From Minisyncoccota bacterium (lineage in GTDB: Bacteria > Patescibacteriota > Minisyncoccia > Phycocordibacterales > UBA9973), in assembly GCA_041650615.1 (NCBI GenBank), contig JBAZKU010000001.1:91763-155762 (forward strand): a stretch of 64,000 bases of DNA, written 5' to 3'. Each line of letters starts with the position of its first letter. The first letter of the stretch is position 1. The notes below the pieces were generated by a model that was not told where the DNA came from, did not search any database, and saw only the letters and a list, made by a program, of their open reading frames with translations. Position numbers and translations under genes: made by a program. Shown here one piece after another: positions 46,396-56,379 of the stretch.

Positions 46396-47628
46396 TTATT
46401 CATACCTTAGTGCATCAATAGGATTTTTCTTACCAGCCTTACGAGCTGGATAGATTCCGAAAGCAAGGCCAGCAATACTGGATACCGCTAGCCCCAAAAT
46501 TACGGCCGAGATAGGAAAAGCAAAAACCCAGCCAATAGAAAAAAAAGTTATAAGAATAAAGTATGCCAGACCCACAGTACCTGCTCCTATAATAATACCT
46601 ATTATGCCACCTATAGAAGTTAGTAAAATTGATTCAATCATAAATTGTTTTAAAATATCGTTATCTGTTGCGCCGACTGCCTTGCGAAGACCTATCTCTC
46701 GCGTTCGTTCCGTAACGGATACCAACATAATATTCATAATACCGATACCGCCAACCACTAAAGAGATAGCAGCAATTGCCGATAAAAATATGGTGAGCAT
46801 AGACATGATATTACCGAGCATATTTAATGTTTCGTCCATTGATGTGACCATAAAGTCGTCTTTTGTTGGGTCTGTAATATGGTGAGATGTCCGGAGAACC
46901 GAAATAACTCTTGATTTAACAAACTCTGAATCATATGTGGGATCAAACTGAATGTTCAGTTCCTGGTAATAATCAATACCGCGGAGTTGTTTCTGTCCGA
47001 CAGAGAGTGGTATTATTGCATATTCGTCCATACTAAATATACCAGTACCTTTGGTTTCAAGGACTCCGATGACACGAAAGCTTGTGTCGCTGAAGCGAAT
47101 AGATTTACCAACCGGTTCTATATCCCCGAACAGTGAGTCTGCGATCTTTGAACCAAGGACAACGACATGTCTATATGCATTCTCATCCGCGTTGGTGAAT
47201 CCATACCCGCTGGAGAAATTAAGGTTCGTCATTTTGAAAATGTTTGGAGTTGTTGCTACCCAAATAGTTGACTTACTTTTGTTTTCGTAGACGATGCGAG
47301 ACTCCCCAACGACATTCGGCGCCACATTTGTAATGGACGGTTCCCGTTCCAGAGCTTCAACATCTCGTTTAGTAAGTGTCTTAATAACAATACCCATTGC
47401 AGATGATGGTGCGCCACCCATTACTGGAGCGCCAGGCTGCACATTAACCATATTGGGCGCCATGGATTGGATCTGACCCACGATGTATTGTTCTGCTGAA
47501 GCACTTAGCGACATAATGACGATTACCGAGGCAATACCAATAACAATACCCAACATCGTTAAAATTGAACGCATTTTGCCATGCGTAAGACTTCGGGTAG
47601 CGGTTTTGAATGCGTCTCTAAAAAGCAT
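46396..47628 (-). CDS. ABC transporter permease, MacB/FtsX-like
   Basis: MacB_PCD-like periplasmic region plus the C-terminal FtsX domain. Confidence 0.85.
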   Translation of the reverse strand: MLFRDAFKTATRSLTHGKMRSILTMLGIVIGIASVIVIMSLSASAEQYIVGQIQSMAPNMVNVQPGAPVMGGAPSSAMGIVIKTLTKRDVEALEREPSITNVAPNVVGESRIVYENKSKSTIWVATTPNIFKMTNLNFSSGYGFTNADENAYRHVVVLGSKIADSLFGDIEPVGKSIRFSDTSFRVIGVLETKGTGIFSMDEYAIIPLSVGQKQLRGIDYYQELNIQFDPTYDSEFVKSRVISVLRTSHHITDPTKDDFMVTSMDETLNMLGNIMSMLTIFLSAIAAISLVVGGIGIMNIMLVSVTERTREIGLRKAVGATDNDILKQFMIESILLTSIGGIIGIIIGAGTVGLAYFILITFFSIGWVFAFPISAVILGLAVSSIAGLAFGIYPARKAGKKNPIDALRYE

Positions 47629-47629
47629 A

Positions 47630-48337
47630 TTATTTTAAATTCTCGCGATGATGACGATTTGCGATAATTTGTTTATCGCTTTCTATCATCCCGTCTTTTA
47701 TTTTAATAATGCGATTGGCGAATTCAGCTGTTTGAGTTTCATGCGTTACCAGCACCACAGTATGGCCTTTGTCATTAAGTGATTCAAGTATTTCCATCAC
47801 TTGCAAGCCCGATTGTGAATCAAGATTACCGGTTGGTTCATCGGCAAAAATAATATCCGGCTTAGTCACCAGCGCTCGAGCAATAGCCACGCGCTGTTTT
47901 TGCCCGCCGGAAAGTTTACCTGCCGCGGTATATAATTTTTCTTTAAGTCCGACCGATTGAACAGCTTCTTCCACTAGTGTGGCGCGTTTCTTTGGAGAAA
48001 TGTCGGAATAAAGAAGCGGTATTTCAACATTTTCATATACCGTCAATCGAGAAAGCAGGTTGAATGACTGGAAGACGAAACCCATGTCTTTATTTCGTGC
48101 ATAAGCAAGTTCCTTGTCTGTCATCTCATCAATACTTTTTCCTTGAAATTTATAAGAGCCTCCAGTGGGTCGGTCAAGAAAACTTAATATATGAAGAAGA
48201 GTTGATTTACCTGAACCCGAAGGACCCATAATAGAAACAAATTCTCCTTTTTCAACAGAAAAAGTTACCCCGCACAAAGCTTTTGTCGGTGTTTCTTCTT
48301 CCCAATATTCCTTTTTTAAATCATTTACCTCTATCAT
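47630..48337 (-). CDS. ABC transporter ATP-binding protein (MacB/LolD-like)
   Basis: [24 protein letters not shown] and [11 protein letters not shown]. Confidence 0.9.
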   Translation of the reverse strand: MIEVNDLKKEYWEEETPTKALCGVTFSVEKGEFVSIMGPSGSGKSTLLHILSFLDRPTGGSYKFQGKSIDEMTDKELAYARNKDMGFVFQSFNLLSRLTVYENVEIPLLYSDISPKKRATLVEEAVQSVGLKEKLYTAAGKLSGGQKQRVAIARALVTKPDIIFADEPTGNLDSQSGLQVMEILESLNDKGHTVVLVTHETQTAEFANRIIKIKDGMIESDKQIIANRHHRENLK

Positions 48338-48459
48338 CCCGTTAGAGGCAGGTCGCGGTCTTCCACTTCCTTGCCATTTATTGGTTATTATAATAATTTT
48401 TTACTAAATATTAATTTTATTGAATCCAAATGAAGCGACCGCGGCCTCTAACGGGATCA
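48335..48459 (-). repeat. type I stop-to-start palindromic element (adaptor gene to ABC ATPase, minus strand)
   Basis: The minus-strand stop TGA at 48457..48459 lies in the left arm; the start ATG at 48335..48337 lies in the right arm. Confidence 0.85.
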
Positions 48460-49887
48460 TTGCGCTTTGAGTCCGATATTGAGAACTTGTTCTCCTTCTG
48501 AGACGCCAGAAATTATTTCAACATTTCCTTCTTTGTCTTGTATACCAAGTGTCACTGGGTTTTCTTTGATAACATTATTTTCAAGCGTTTGTATAAACGC
48601 TCCTTCATCATTTTGTAAAATAGCATACTGCGGAAGGATCAATACATTATCTTTGCGTTCGGTTTCTATATCAAGATTAGCCGTGAGTCCGCTTTTTAAT
48701 CGCGGATCAGGTTGATCAAAAGAAATTTTAATTTTGAAACTAATAACTCCTTGGACATTTGTGTCTGCCGGAGCAATATAGAATACTGACCCTGTAAATG
48801 TTTCATTAGGAAAAGCGTCAAGGGTCATTGAAACCTTATCGCCAATTGAAATTTTTCCAATATCGGTTTCAGAAACGCCTGCATCTACCTCATAACCGCT
48901 ATTTGATATTATGGAGACAAGAGGCACGCTTGAAGACGCAAGCTGTCCCACTTTTGCGTCAAATTGAGTAACGGTACCGCTAATAGGAGCAACAATTTGG
49001 GCATTTAGTATTTTTGCTTTTGCGCTATCTACACTTGCTTGCGCTTGCGCGACTTGTGCATCAACTACTGAAGAAGAATCAATGGTTCCTACGCTTGCTT
49101 GTGCATCGGCAATAGCTTTATTACGAGTTTCAAGCGCTAGTTGATAAGCATTGTAATTAGTTAAATAATCTGAAGCTTTCTTATTTGGGATTTCAATATC
49201 CCAGTCATAAATATTTATGACAGAAGAAGAACATTTAATATACAAACCTGAATCACCTAACGGTTGAGGTAAAATTGTGTTGCAAGATCCACTGCCATTA
49301 GAAAGACCGGATATATTAAAGCTTATACCGCTAGAACTGTAATAAAATTTAACTTTTATTACACCTTCTTTGTTCAAATTGTAATTACCGCTAATTACCG
49401 GAGCGATGTAATCGCTTGAGCTATCGTGCGGAACTGCCTCGGGGGTTGAATTAAGAAGATTGCGATAAGCGTTTTGAACCAGGATATCCTGTTGAGCGGT
49501 AACGTTTGTGACATTACTTTTTGAAACAGACGCATTTTGCTGGGCAATTACAAGACTTGCCTCTGCGCTGTGTAATTGGGCTAGAAGATCATTCATATTA
49601 AGTTCTGCCAGTACTTGCCCTTTATTTACTTGTTTTCCAAGGTCGGAGTAGATATTGGAAACTATACCGCTGTTACCAAAGGTCAGAGAGACGCTTTGTA
49701 AAGGCGTGGTGTTGCCGGTCAGAGAAACAGTTTGCGTAATGGAACCATTTTGCACGGTTATATATTGATATGTTGGATCTTTATGAAAAAGAAAATATCC
49801 ACCTACTCCGAGAATCAGCAAGATTACTATTCCAATCGTCCATTTGGATTTTAAAAAATTTGGTATTTTAGCTAAAAGTGGTTGCAT
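48457..49887 (-). CDS. periplasmic adaptor / membrane-fusion protein (HlyD/MacA-like)
   Basis: N-terminal TM, coiled-coil and beta-barrel regions; 476 aa. Confidence 0.7.
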   Translation of the reverse strand: MQPLLAKIPNFLKSKWTIGIVILLILGVGGYFLFHKDPTYQYITVQNGSITQTVSLTGNTTPLQSVSLTFGNSGIVSNIYSDLGKQVNKGQVLAELNMNDLLAQLHSAEASLVIAQQNASVSKSNVTNVTAQQDILVQNAYRNLLNSTPEAVPHDSSSDYIAPVISGNYNLNKEGVIKVKFYYSSSGISFNISGLSNGSGSCNTILPQPLGDSGLYIKCSSSVINIYDWDIEIPNKKASDYLTNYNAYQLALETRNKAIADAQASVGTIDSSSVVDAQVAQAQASVDSAKAKILNAQIVAPISGTVTQFDAKVGQLASSSVPLVSIISNSGYEVDAGVSETDIGKISIGDKVSMTLDAFPNETFTGSVFYIAPADTNVQGVISFKIKISFDQPDPRLKSGLTANLDIETERKDNVLILPQYAILQNDEGAFIQTLENNVIKENPVTLGIQDKEGNVEIISGVSEGEQVLNIGLKAQ

Positions 49888-49981
49888 GGCGTTTATTTTT
49901 TCTATAATTTATAATTTTTTGTATAACAAAATATAGTATAGCACAATTAAGCTTAGAAACAAAGCTTAAATTTACAGAAAA

Positions 49982-50284
49982 TTATACTTTTGGTTTATCT
50001 AATTTTTCTATTCTCAGAATTTTAAATCCGAAATAGACAACGAATGCTACTATTAAAAAATCTATCACTACGCTTATTAAATCACCGTAAAGAATTTGAA
50101 CTGAGCCCATTCCAAACGAAGCGGTTTTTAATTCGCCGGTTACGCCAATAATTATGCTAAGAATCGGATTGATAATATCTGTTACCAAAGCACTAACTAC
50201 TTTAGAAACAGCTCCTCCTAAAATAAAACCTATAGCTAAACCAACCACTCCTTGCTCTCTAATGAAATCTATAAATCCTTTCAT
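49982..50284 (-). CDS. mscL: large-conductance mechanosensitive channel
   Basis: GLAIGFILGGAVSKVVSALVTDIINP. Confidence 0.9.
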   Translation of the reverse strand: MKGFIDFIREQGVVGLAIGFILGGAVSKVVSALVTDIINPILSIIIGVTGELKTASFGMGSVQILYGDLISVVIDFLIVAFVVYFGFKILRIEKLDKPKV

Positions 50285-50381
50285 ATTTTTTATATTACGT
50301 TAGTAATTTTTTGATATGGGAACAATAACACCTACTATTATAATCACTGCAATTAAAACTATGAATATTATCAACATAATT

Positions 50382-50831
50382 TTATACTAAATTTAATTGC
50401 TTATCTAGAGGAGGATATGAAAAATATACTCTTACGTTTTCTCCCTTTTTATATAATTCTATCATTTCAAAATTATCTCTTGGAATAAGCGAAAAGCCAG
50501 GTTTTTTGAGATATTTTTCTTTAAAGGAAGGATAATTTGAAACGGTAAAATCAGCATCTCCACGCTCTGGTTTCGTAGGGTCGGGCTGTCTGATTCTAAG
50601 AAGTTGTAATTTACCGGCAACAGTTTCAATAGGAGAAATTTTAAATAATAAACTGTTGGGTCTTTTTTCTATTACTGTTCCTAATCTATGAGTTTCTTTT
50701 TGAAATTTATAATATTCTTCTTCTGACTGGCAAAAAATGCAGGTATAATTAACAGGAATATTTTTCTGGTCCGTGTATTTATCCTTCAAAATTTCCGCAT
50801 CCCTAACTATATTTTGGATTAAAACCCTCAT
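50382..50831 (-). CDS. hypothetical protein
   Basis: 149 aa with no recognised motif. Confidence 0.5.
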   Translation of the reverse strand: MRVLIQNIVRDAEILKDKYTDQKNIPVNYTCIFCQSEEEYYKFQKETHRLGTVIEKRPNSLLFKISPIETVAGKLQLLRIRQPDPTKPERGDADFTVSNYPSFKEKYLKKPGFSLIPRDNFEMIELYKKGENVRVYFSYPPLDKQLNLV

Positions 50832-50880
50832 AAATTTATTGTCCCCAATCTACTAATTTAATTTTTAAATCACTATTTAA

Positions 50881-51588
50881 TTAAAAACGAAAATCAAAAG
50901 TTTTTTTAAACTCGCCCTTCGACATATTGATTTTTTCTATAATATCATTCCTAATCTCTAGAGTGATTTTTTCTATTTCGTTGTTAATATTTTCAGCATC
51001 TTTTAATATATTGTCTATATTATCTAAAGTTTTATTTTTAAAAAGAGGATCTTTAAGGACTTCAATATTTTTACTATAGTTAAGAGCTATGGTTGCATAG
51101 CTGGTTGCCATTTGACTTAACTTGTCCTGTAGATTATTCCATTTCAAATTTTGTTCTGGGAAGTATGTGTCTATATATGTTGCTACTAAATCCATTCCGC
51201 CTTCCACATCTTTTTTAGACATTGTTTCATTAGTATCCTCATAAAATAGCTTAGAATTTAGTATTTTTTTATGCATCTTTATACCTTCAAGATAAATATA
51301 ACTTTTACTTTTTATACTTATTAATTTAGATATCACTTTTAAACCTTTATCTTCAATTGATTCAATAAGTCTTAAATTGTATGCATATTTTTTATCTTTT
51401 GAAGATTGAATTAAACTAAGAAAAAGTGCCATCACAGTAAAAAATCCTATAATAAAATTTGGATCAATTCCTTGGATTTCAAGAAATAATCTAAATTTAG
51501 TACAAAAAATATAAAAAACTAATAATGTTATTACAATTATTAAACCAATATGAATAATATAATTCTTAAGTTTTTTTATTTTATCCAT
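50881..51588 (-). CDS. hypothetical membrane protein with a coiled-coil C-terminal half
   Basis: 235 aa with two N-terminal TM helices. Confidence 0.55.
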   Translation of the reverse strand: MDKIKKLKNYIIHIGLIIVITLLVFYIFCTKFRLFLEIQGIDPNFIIGFFTVMALFLSLIQSSKDKKYAYNLRLIESIEDKGLKVISKLISIKSKSYIYLEGIKMHKKILNSKLFYEDTNETMSKKDVEGGMDLVATYIDTYFPEQNLKWNNLQDKLSQMATSYATIALNYSKNIEVLKDPLFKNKTLDNIDNILKDAENINNEIEKITLEIRNDIIEKINMSKGEFKKTFDFRF

Positions 51589-51592
51589 TTTG

Positions 51593-51663
51593 CTGGGAGA
51601 CTTGGAATCGAACCAAGATTCACGGCTTCAAAGGCCGCTGTCCTACCGTTAGACGATCTCCCA
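51593..51663 (-). tRNA. tRNA-Gln (anticodon UUG)
   Basis: Folded by hand: 7-bp acceptor TGGGAGA/TCTCCCA, U8, D-arm, anticodon stem GCGGC/GCCGT with loop CTTTGAA, T-arm CTTGG-TTCGATT-CCAAG, discriminator G. CCA is not encoded. Confidence 0.85.
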
Positions 51664-51669
51664 ATATTT

Positions 51670-52764
51670 TTACTGAACAGCTTTATCTTGCCCCAAAATC
51701 TTCACCAACGCAAGCTCCAACGGAAGCTCGGAAACAAAAGCTCGATCTATGTCATTATAAGCCTCAAGGAGAATTGAAAGCGCTGGAGAACGAAGAATAC
51801 CTTCTTTGTCGGACTTCACTAAACCCTTCAAGAATTCCAAATCTTCTTCTCCTAAATCCCCTACCATTCCTGCCTGCGCAGGCAGGTCTTTTTCTAATTT
51901 AGGTGCATATTTTAAAATTATAGCCATACGAAACTTCTCTATGATTAATTTGGAATAAAGTTTCATATCTAAACTTTCTCCTGCCGCTTTGCGAATAGTC
52001 ATAATCCCCTCTTCTAAATTTTTATTAGCGATAGCGGAAATGAAATCATTTACCAAGACTGTTTTCGGCGCGCCGGTTATTTTTTCTATATCTTCTCGTT
52101 TTACCAGCCTCGCCGAGTCTAGGCGGGTTTTTTTATCTCTACCGGAGAAATTTAAAACTTTTTGCAACGTGCCTAAGGCATCGCGGAATGAACCATCGCC
52201 CAAAATAGCTATCAATTCAGCTCCGCCGGCATCCAATTCAAAGCCTTCTTTTTTAGAAACTTCCAAAACCATTTTTTTAGAAGCAATATCGGAAGCCTTT
52301 CTAAAAGTGAAAACCTGACAGCGGGAGATAATGGTTTCCGGCACTTTATGAATTTCGGTTGTGGCTAAAATAAAAATAACATGCTTTGGCGGTTCTTCTA
52401 AGGTCTTCAGCAAAGCACCCCAAGCATCCTTGGAGAGCATATGTACTTCATCTATAATATAAACCTTATATTTTGAATCAAAAGGCAGAACCCTCGCCCC
52501 ATCCCGAAGCGCTCTGATATCTTCAATTCCCCTATTAGAAGCGGCATCTATTTCATAAAGGTCATTTTCTGAAACCCCTATATCTTTGGCAAAAATTCTA
52601 GCCACAGAAGTTTTGCCTGTGCCCCTAGAGCCCACAAAAAGGTAAGCATGCGAAACTTTATTAGTCTCTACGGAGCTTTCCAGCACTTTTACTATATGGT
52701 CTTGCCCGATGACTTCCTGAAAGGTTTTAGGTCTGTATTTTCTATATAATGCCAAATCATGCAT
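51670..52764 (-). CDS. dnaX: DNA polymerase III subunit gamma/tau (short form)
   Basis: YRPKTF..VIGQ, GSRGTGKTS, EIDAASNRGIEDIR, DEVHMLS, SRCQ. Contains the 18-bp palindrome (LPAQAG). Confidence 0.9.
   Translation of the reverse strand: MHDLALYRKYRPKTFQEVIGQDHIVKVLESSVETNKVSHAYLFVGSRGTGKTSVARIFAKDIGVSENDLYEIDAASNRGIEDIRALRDGARVLPFDSKYKVYIIDEVHMLSKDAWGALLKTLEEPPKHVIFILATTEIHKVPETIISRCQVFTFRKASDIASKKMVLEVSKKEGFELDAGGAELIAILGDGSFRDALGTLQKVLNFSGRDKKTRLDSARLVKREDIEKITGAPKTVLVNDFISAIANKNLEEGIMTIRKAAGESLDMKLYSKLIIEKFRMAIILKYAPKLEKDLPAQAGMVGDLGEEDLEFLKGLVKSDKEGILRSPALSILLEAYNDIDRAFVSELPLELALVKILGQDKAVQ
51869..51886. repeat. 18-bp palindrome CCTGCCTGCGCAGGCAGG, in frame in dnaX
   Basis: Read directly. 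Confidence 0.85.
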
Positions 52765-52800
52765 GGTTTGATTATAACCCGTGATAAAAGAAATTCAAAG

Positions 52801-52870
52801 AATTTTAAGAGTCGTGGGTTCCCTGTCCTCACGGACTCCGAGGGCGAAGGCTCAGAAATTTTTTGAATTT
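52801..52870 (-). repeat. GC-rich promoter-proximal element (reverse-complement copy) upstream of dnaX
   Basis: Sense with respect to dnaX. TTATAAT lies 6 nt before the dnaX ATG. Confidence 0.85.
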
Positions 52871-52906
52871 CTTTTATTAAAAAAACTCAAGAATTAATGT
52901 TTTTGC

Positions 52907-52972
52907 CGGTACGGATTTTTTGAAGCTTAAAAAATCCTGAAGTTTTCGCGCCGTCGCGCTCAAAACCCCTTA
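52907..52972. repeat. double-hairpin repeat, second copy
   Basis: Over 90% identical to 30168..30240. Confidence 0.8.
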
Positions 52973-54037
52973 AAACATTATTCTTGAGTTTTTTTTATTG
53001 AGAAAATCATTTATGATTTTCTCTACTTCTTTGGCATTTTTTGTTTTCATTAATTTTACCCGCAATTCTTTGGCTCCTTTAAAGTCATTTACATATGCCT
53101 TAAAATGTTTTTTCATAACGGAAAAATTTTTATGCTTAGGTTTTGAAAGTTCTTTCTCAAAAATTTGGGTGTGTTCTACAAGAACTTCTAATTTTTCCTG
53201 AATAAAACTGAACTCTCTTAAATTTTTTGTCCCCGAGGGTCCCACGGCGACCTCGCCGGGATCGGCGAAGGGCGCAGGGGCAGAAAATTTAAGAGAGTGA
53301 GGTTTTTGATTAAAAAACCATGGATTACCAAAAACCGCTCTCCCAATCATTATTCCATCGCAACCAGTTTCTCTTACTTTTTGTTTAGCTTCTTCCAGAC
53401 TTTGAACATCACCATTTCCTATTATCAGAGTTTTATATCCTAATTCATCGCGAATTTCCACGATTCTTTTCATTAATTCCCAATGCGCGGGGCCATTAGA
53501 CATTTCCTTGCGAGTTCGCAGATGTATAATCAATGCCGCTAAATTTTCTTTTAAAAGTCCTTTTACCCAAGTTTCAATTTCATTTTTATTATAGCCAATG
53601 CGAGTTTTGACCGAAACAGGCAATCCTTTTCCATCTTTCTGGACTGTGTGAATAATTTCTCGCGCTAATTTTAAATTTTTCATCAAGGCTGCGCCTGCCC
53701 CTTGCTTCTCAATTGATTTATCCGGACAGCCCATATTTATATCTATGCCGTCAAAGCCCAGTTTTTTACAAAGAGCGGAAGCTTTTCTCATATTTTCCGT
53801 ATTTGAACCAAATAATTGCACCACTATTGGATGTTCTTTTTTAGAAAATTTTAAATCAATTAGAAGTTTATCCTTCCCTTTTGCGTGAACAAGACCGTTA
53901 GCAGAAACAAATTCCGTCCAGATTACATCTGGTTTTCCATGTTGGGCTATCATCTGTCTGAAAGCGCAATCGGTGACATCCGACATCGGAGCTAGGCAGA
54001 AAAATGGTTTATTTAATTTTTTCCAAAAGTTGTTCAT
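52970..54037 (-). CDS. dus: tRNA-dihydrouridine synthase
   Basis: CLAPMSDVTDCAFR and IDINMGCP. Has an internal GC-rich low-complexity insert at 53228..53285 (APAPFADPGEVAVGPSGT). Confidence 0.85.
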   Translation of the reverse strand: MNNFWKKLNKPFFCLAPMSDVTDCAFRQMIAQHGKPDVIWTEFVSANGLVHAKGKDKLLIDLKFSKKEHPIVVQLFGSNTENMRKASALCKKLGFDGIDINMGCPDKSIEKQGAGAALMKNLKLAREIIHTVQKDGKGLPVSVKTRIGYNKNEIETWVKGLLKENLAALIIHLRTRKEMSNGPAHWELMKRIVEIRDELGYKTLIIGNGDVQSLEEAKQKVRETGCDGIMIGRAVFGNPWFFNQKPHSLKFSAPAPFADPGEVAVGPSGTKNLREFSFIQEKLEVLVEHTQIFEKELSKPKHKNFSVMKKHFKAYVNDFKGAKELRVKLMKTKNAKEVEKIINDFLNKKNSRIMF

Positions 54038-54063
54038 AAATCTTCCAAACTAAGAAAATTAAA

Positions 54064-54133
54064 AATTTTAAGAGTCGTGGGTCCCCTGTCCTCACGGACT
54101 CCGAGGGCGAAGGCTCAGAAATTTTTGAATTTT
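54064..54133 (-). repeat. GC-rich promoter-proximal element (reverse-complement copy) upstream of dus
   Basis: Read directly. Confidence 0.85.
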
Positions 54134-54146
54134 TTAGTTTGATATT

Positions 54147-55016
54147 TTACTTGAATTTGTAATATACCTTATTCCCAAACCGAAGGTCAATATAAAGGAG
54201 TGAAGAATATTTATTTTTAAAATCTGATTTAAAGGGTTCCGTGCCAAGCACCGTTTGCAGATTTTCTGCCACTTTTTCAAAATCGGAATCTGTTTTTAAA
54301 ATTATTTTCGGTCCCAACTGTGATTCTGATGTGGAAGAGAGAAACATTTCTATATCTCCATTATCTTGTACATAAAATATTACCGGTTTTATTGCAATTT
54401 TTTCAAGTGTTTCTTTAAGTAATATTAATTTGCCAAAAATTGGTTGGGAAAAATAAGAGCCAAATGAAGCAGTTCCATAAAACTTCAAATAAACTTCTCC
54501 GGAGAAATAAGGAGCCTCATCAAAAATATAACCGCTATCATCCATAAAATAACATTTATTATTGTTTTGAATTTCAATCTCTGAATTATTTAACTCTGGT
54601 GGCATAGTACCACAATATGTATATAGCGCGGTTCTCTCGGTTAAAGAAATATCCAATGTTTGCAGATTTTTGATACTAATGGAAATATCTTTCAATCTTT
54701 TGAATTTATCAGCCAATTCTTTTTTTATTTCCCCTTTGGGATAAAGTAAAAAATTTGTTTTTGGCAAAACCCATAAAAAGTTACCGGCAATTTTTTCTTT
54801 TGCAATATCTTCAATCATTTTGGTTTCCACTACCTTGTTGCCCGAAATTTGGATATTATTTATATTTACTTTTTCCCATTTAGAGAGAAAAGACAGACCA
54901 ACCAAAACTAAAATAAGCAAAAAAACCAAAAAAAATATTTTTCTTCTTAAAATTTTACGTTGTTTTCTTTTTAATTCTAAAAGACGAGGAGAATTTAAAA
55001 CATTTTGATTTTTCAT
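54147..55016 (-). CDS. FtsQ/DivIB-like cell-division protein (N-terminal TM plus POTRA-like region)
   Basis: 289 aa. Similarity to the FtsQ POTRA pattern (..ISGN....E......G.N........L...P.IK...I.......L.I.V.ER.A) is weak. Confidence 0.4.
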   Translation of the reverse strand: MKNQNVLNSPRLLELKRKQRKILRRKIFFLVFLLILVLVGLSFLSKWEKVNINNIQISGNKVVETKMIEDIAKEKIAGNFLWVLPKTNFLLYPKGEIKKELADKFKRLKDISISIKNLQTLDISLTERTALYTYCGTMPPELNNSEIEIQNNNKCYFMDDSGYIFDEAPYFSGEVYLKFYGTASFGSYFSQPIFGKLILLKETLEKIAIKPVIFYVQDNGDIEMFLSSTSESQLGPKIILKTDSDFEKVAENLQTVLGTEPFKSDFKNKYSSLLYIDLRFGNKVYYKFK

Positions 55017-55093
55017 CCCAGTACTAAAATTTTAAGTTGTTAATAATCGTGGTCATTTCTCTTACTCAAAAATTTAGTACGGGACAGGTATTA
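55014..55093 (-). repeat. type II stop-to-start palindromic element (serS to FtsQ-like gene)
   Basis: The serS stop TAA (55091..55093 on the minus strand) lies in the left arm; the downstream ATG (55014..55016) ends the right arm. Confidence 0.85.
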
Positions 55094-56356
55094 CTTGATG
55101 AATTCTTTTCCACCCATGTATTTTTTCAAAACTTCCGGAATTTTTACAGTGCCATCCGCCTGTTGATAATTTTCTAGGATAGCTGCCGGCAATCTTGAGG
55201 TAGCGCAAGCGGTGTTATTTAGAGAATGAACATATTTTGATTTTCCCTCTCTGTCTTTATATTTAATATTTAATCTGCGAGCTTGAAAATCATGAAAATA
55301 GGAAGAGGAGTGAGTTTCGCGATATTTGTTTTGAGAAGGCATCCAAGCTTCTATATCATATTTCTTTACTTGACCCAAACCGAGGTCGCCTCCGCAGTTG
55401 GCAACCACACGATATGGAATTTTTAATTCCTGCATTAAGTGTTCCACATGGTTTGTTATTTCTTCATGCAGTTTGGCAGATTCTTCATGGCTGGCTTCGC
55501 ATAATAAAACTTGTTCAAGTTTAAAAAATTCATGCACTCTAATTATTCCTTTCACATCTTTTCCATGACTTCCTGCTTCTCGCCTAAAACAAGGAGAAAA
55601 AGCGATAAACTTTTTAGGAAGCGAATCTTTTGGCAAAATTTCTCCCGAATAATAAGACATAGCCGCAACTTCTGCAGTACCGGCAAAATATTCTCCGTCT
55701 TGTGTCTTATACAAATCATCTTCACCTTGAGGCAAATATCCCGTACCCATTAATGTTTCTTTTCTTACAAGCGATGGCACAATCATCGGAATGTATCCTT
55801 TGTTTACAAAATAATCTAAAAAGTACTGCCAAAGCGCAAAAAATAATAAAGCCCCGTCATTTTTCATAAAGTATCCGCGAAAACCGGAAACTTTTGTGCC
55901 TCGCTCAAAATCAACCAAGTCAAGATTTTCCACAATTGCCACATGGTCTTTAGGAGTAAAATTAAATACGGGTCTTTCTCCCCAAGCCCTCACTTCAAGA
56001 TTTTCTTCATCACTTTTCCCATTAGGAACAGAAATGTCTGGAATATTTGGAACTTGCAACATAATCTTTTGCCATTCTTCCATTATTTTTCTTAATTTTT
56101 CCTCTTTTTCTTTTATATCTTCTTTTACCGCGCGCATTTCTTCAATTAGTTGCATCTTATGAGCGCTGTCTTGATTGCGAGAAATATCATTTGAAACTTT
56201 GTTTACTTCACCTCTCAAATCTTCCACTTCTTTGAGTTGTTTTAAACGTTCATCATCTAACGCAATAAGTTTTTCAATATCAACTTCTATGAATTTCTTT
56301 TTTGCGCCTTCTTTCACTATTTCTTTGTTTTCACGAATGAATTTGATGTCTAACAT
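55091..56356 (-). CDS. serS: seryl-tRNA synthetase
   Basis: N-terminus MLDIKFIREN plus the class II core. The start is set at the internal Met; the tracked ORF extends 120 nt further. Confidence 0.9.
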   Translation of the reverse strand: MLDIKFIRENKEIVKEGAKKKFIEVDIEKLIALDDERLKQLKEVEDLRGEVNKVSNDISRNQDSAHKMQLIEEMRAVKEDIKEKEEKLRKIMEEWQKIMLQVPNIPDISVPNGKSDEENLEVRAWGERPVFNFTPKDHVAIVENLDLVDFERGTKVSGFRGYFMKNDGALLFFALWQYFLDYFVNKGYIPMIVPSLVRKETLMGTGYLPQGEDDLYKTQDGEYFAGTAEVAAMSYYSGEILPKDSLPKKFIAFSPCFRREAGSHGKDVKGIIRVHEFFKLEQVLLCEASHEESAKLHEEITNHVEHLMQELKIPYRVVANCGGDLGLGQVKKYDIEAWMPSQNKYRETHSSSYFHDFQARRLNIKYKDREGKSKYVHSLNNTACATSRLPAAILENYQQADGTVKIPEVLKKYMGGKEFIK

Positions 56357-56379
56357 ATTTGTATTATATACTATAGCGT

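Noticed and set aside
51550-51777. 75-aa ORF overlapping tRNA-Gln, and 62268..62630 overlapping tRNA-Leu
   Set aside because: They overlap well-folded tRNA genes on the opposite strand, so they are spurious.
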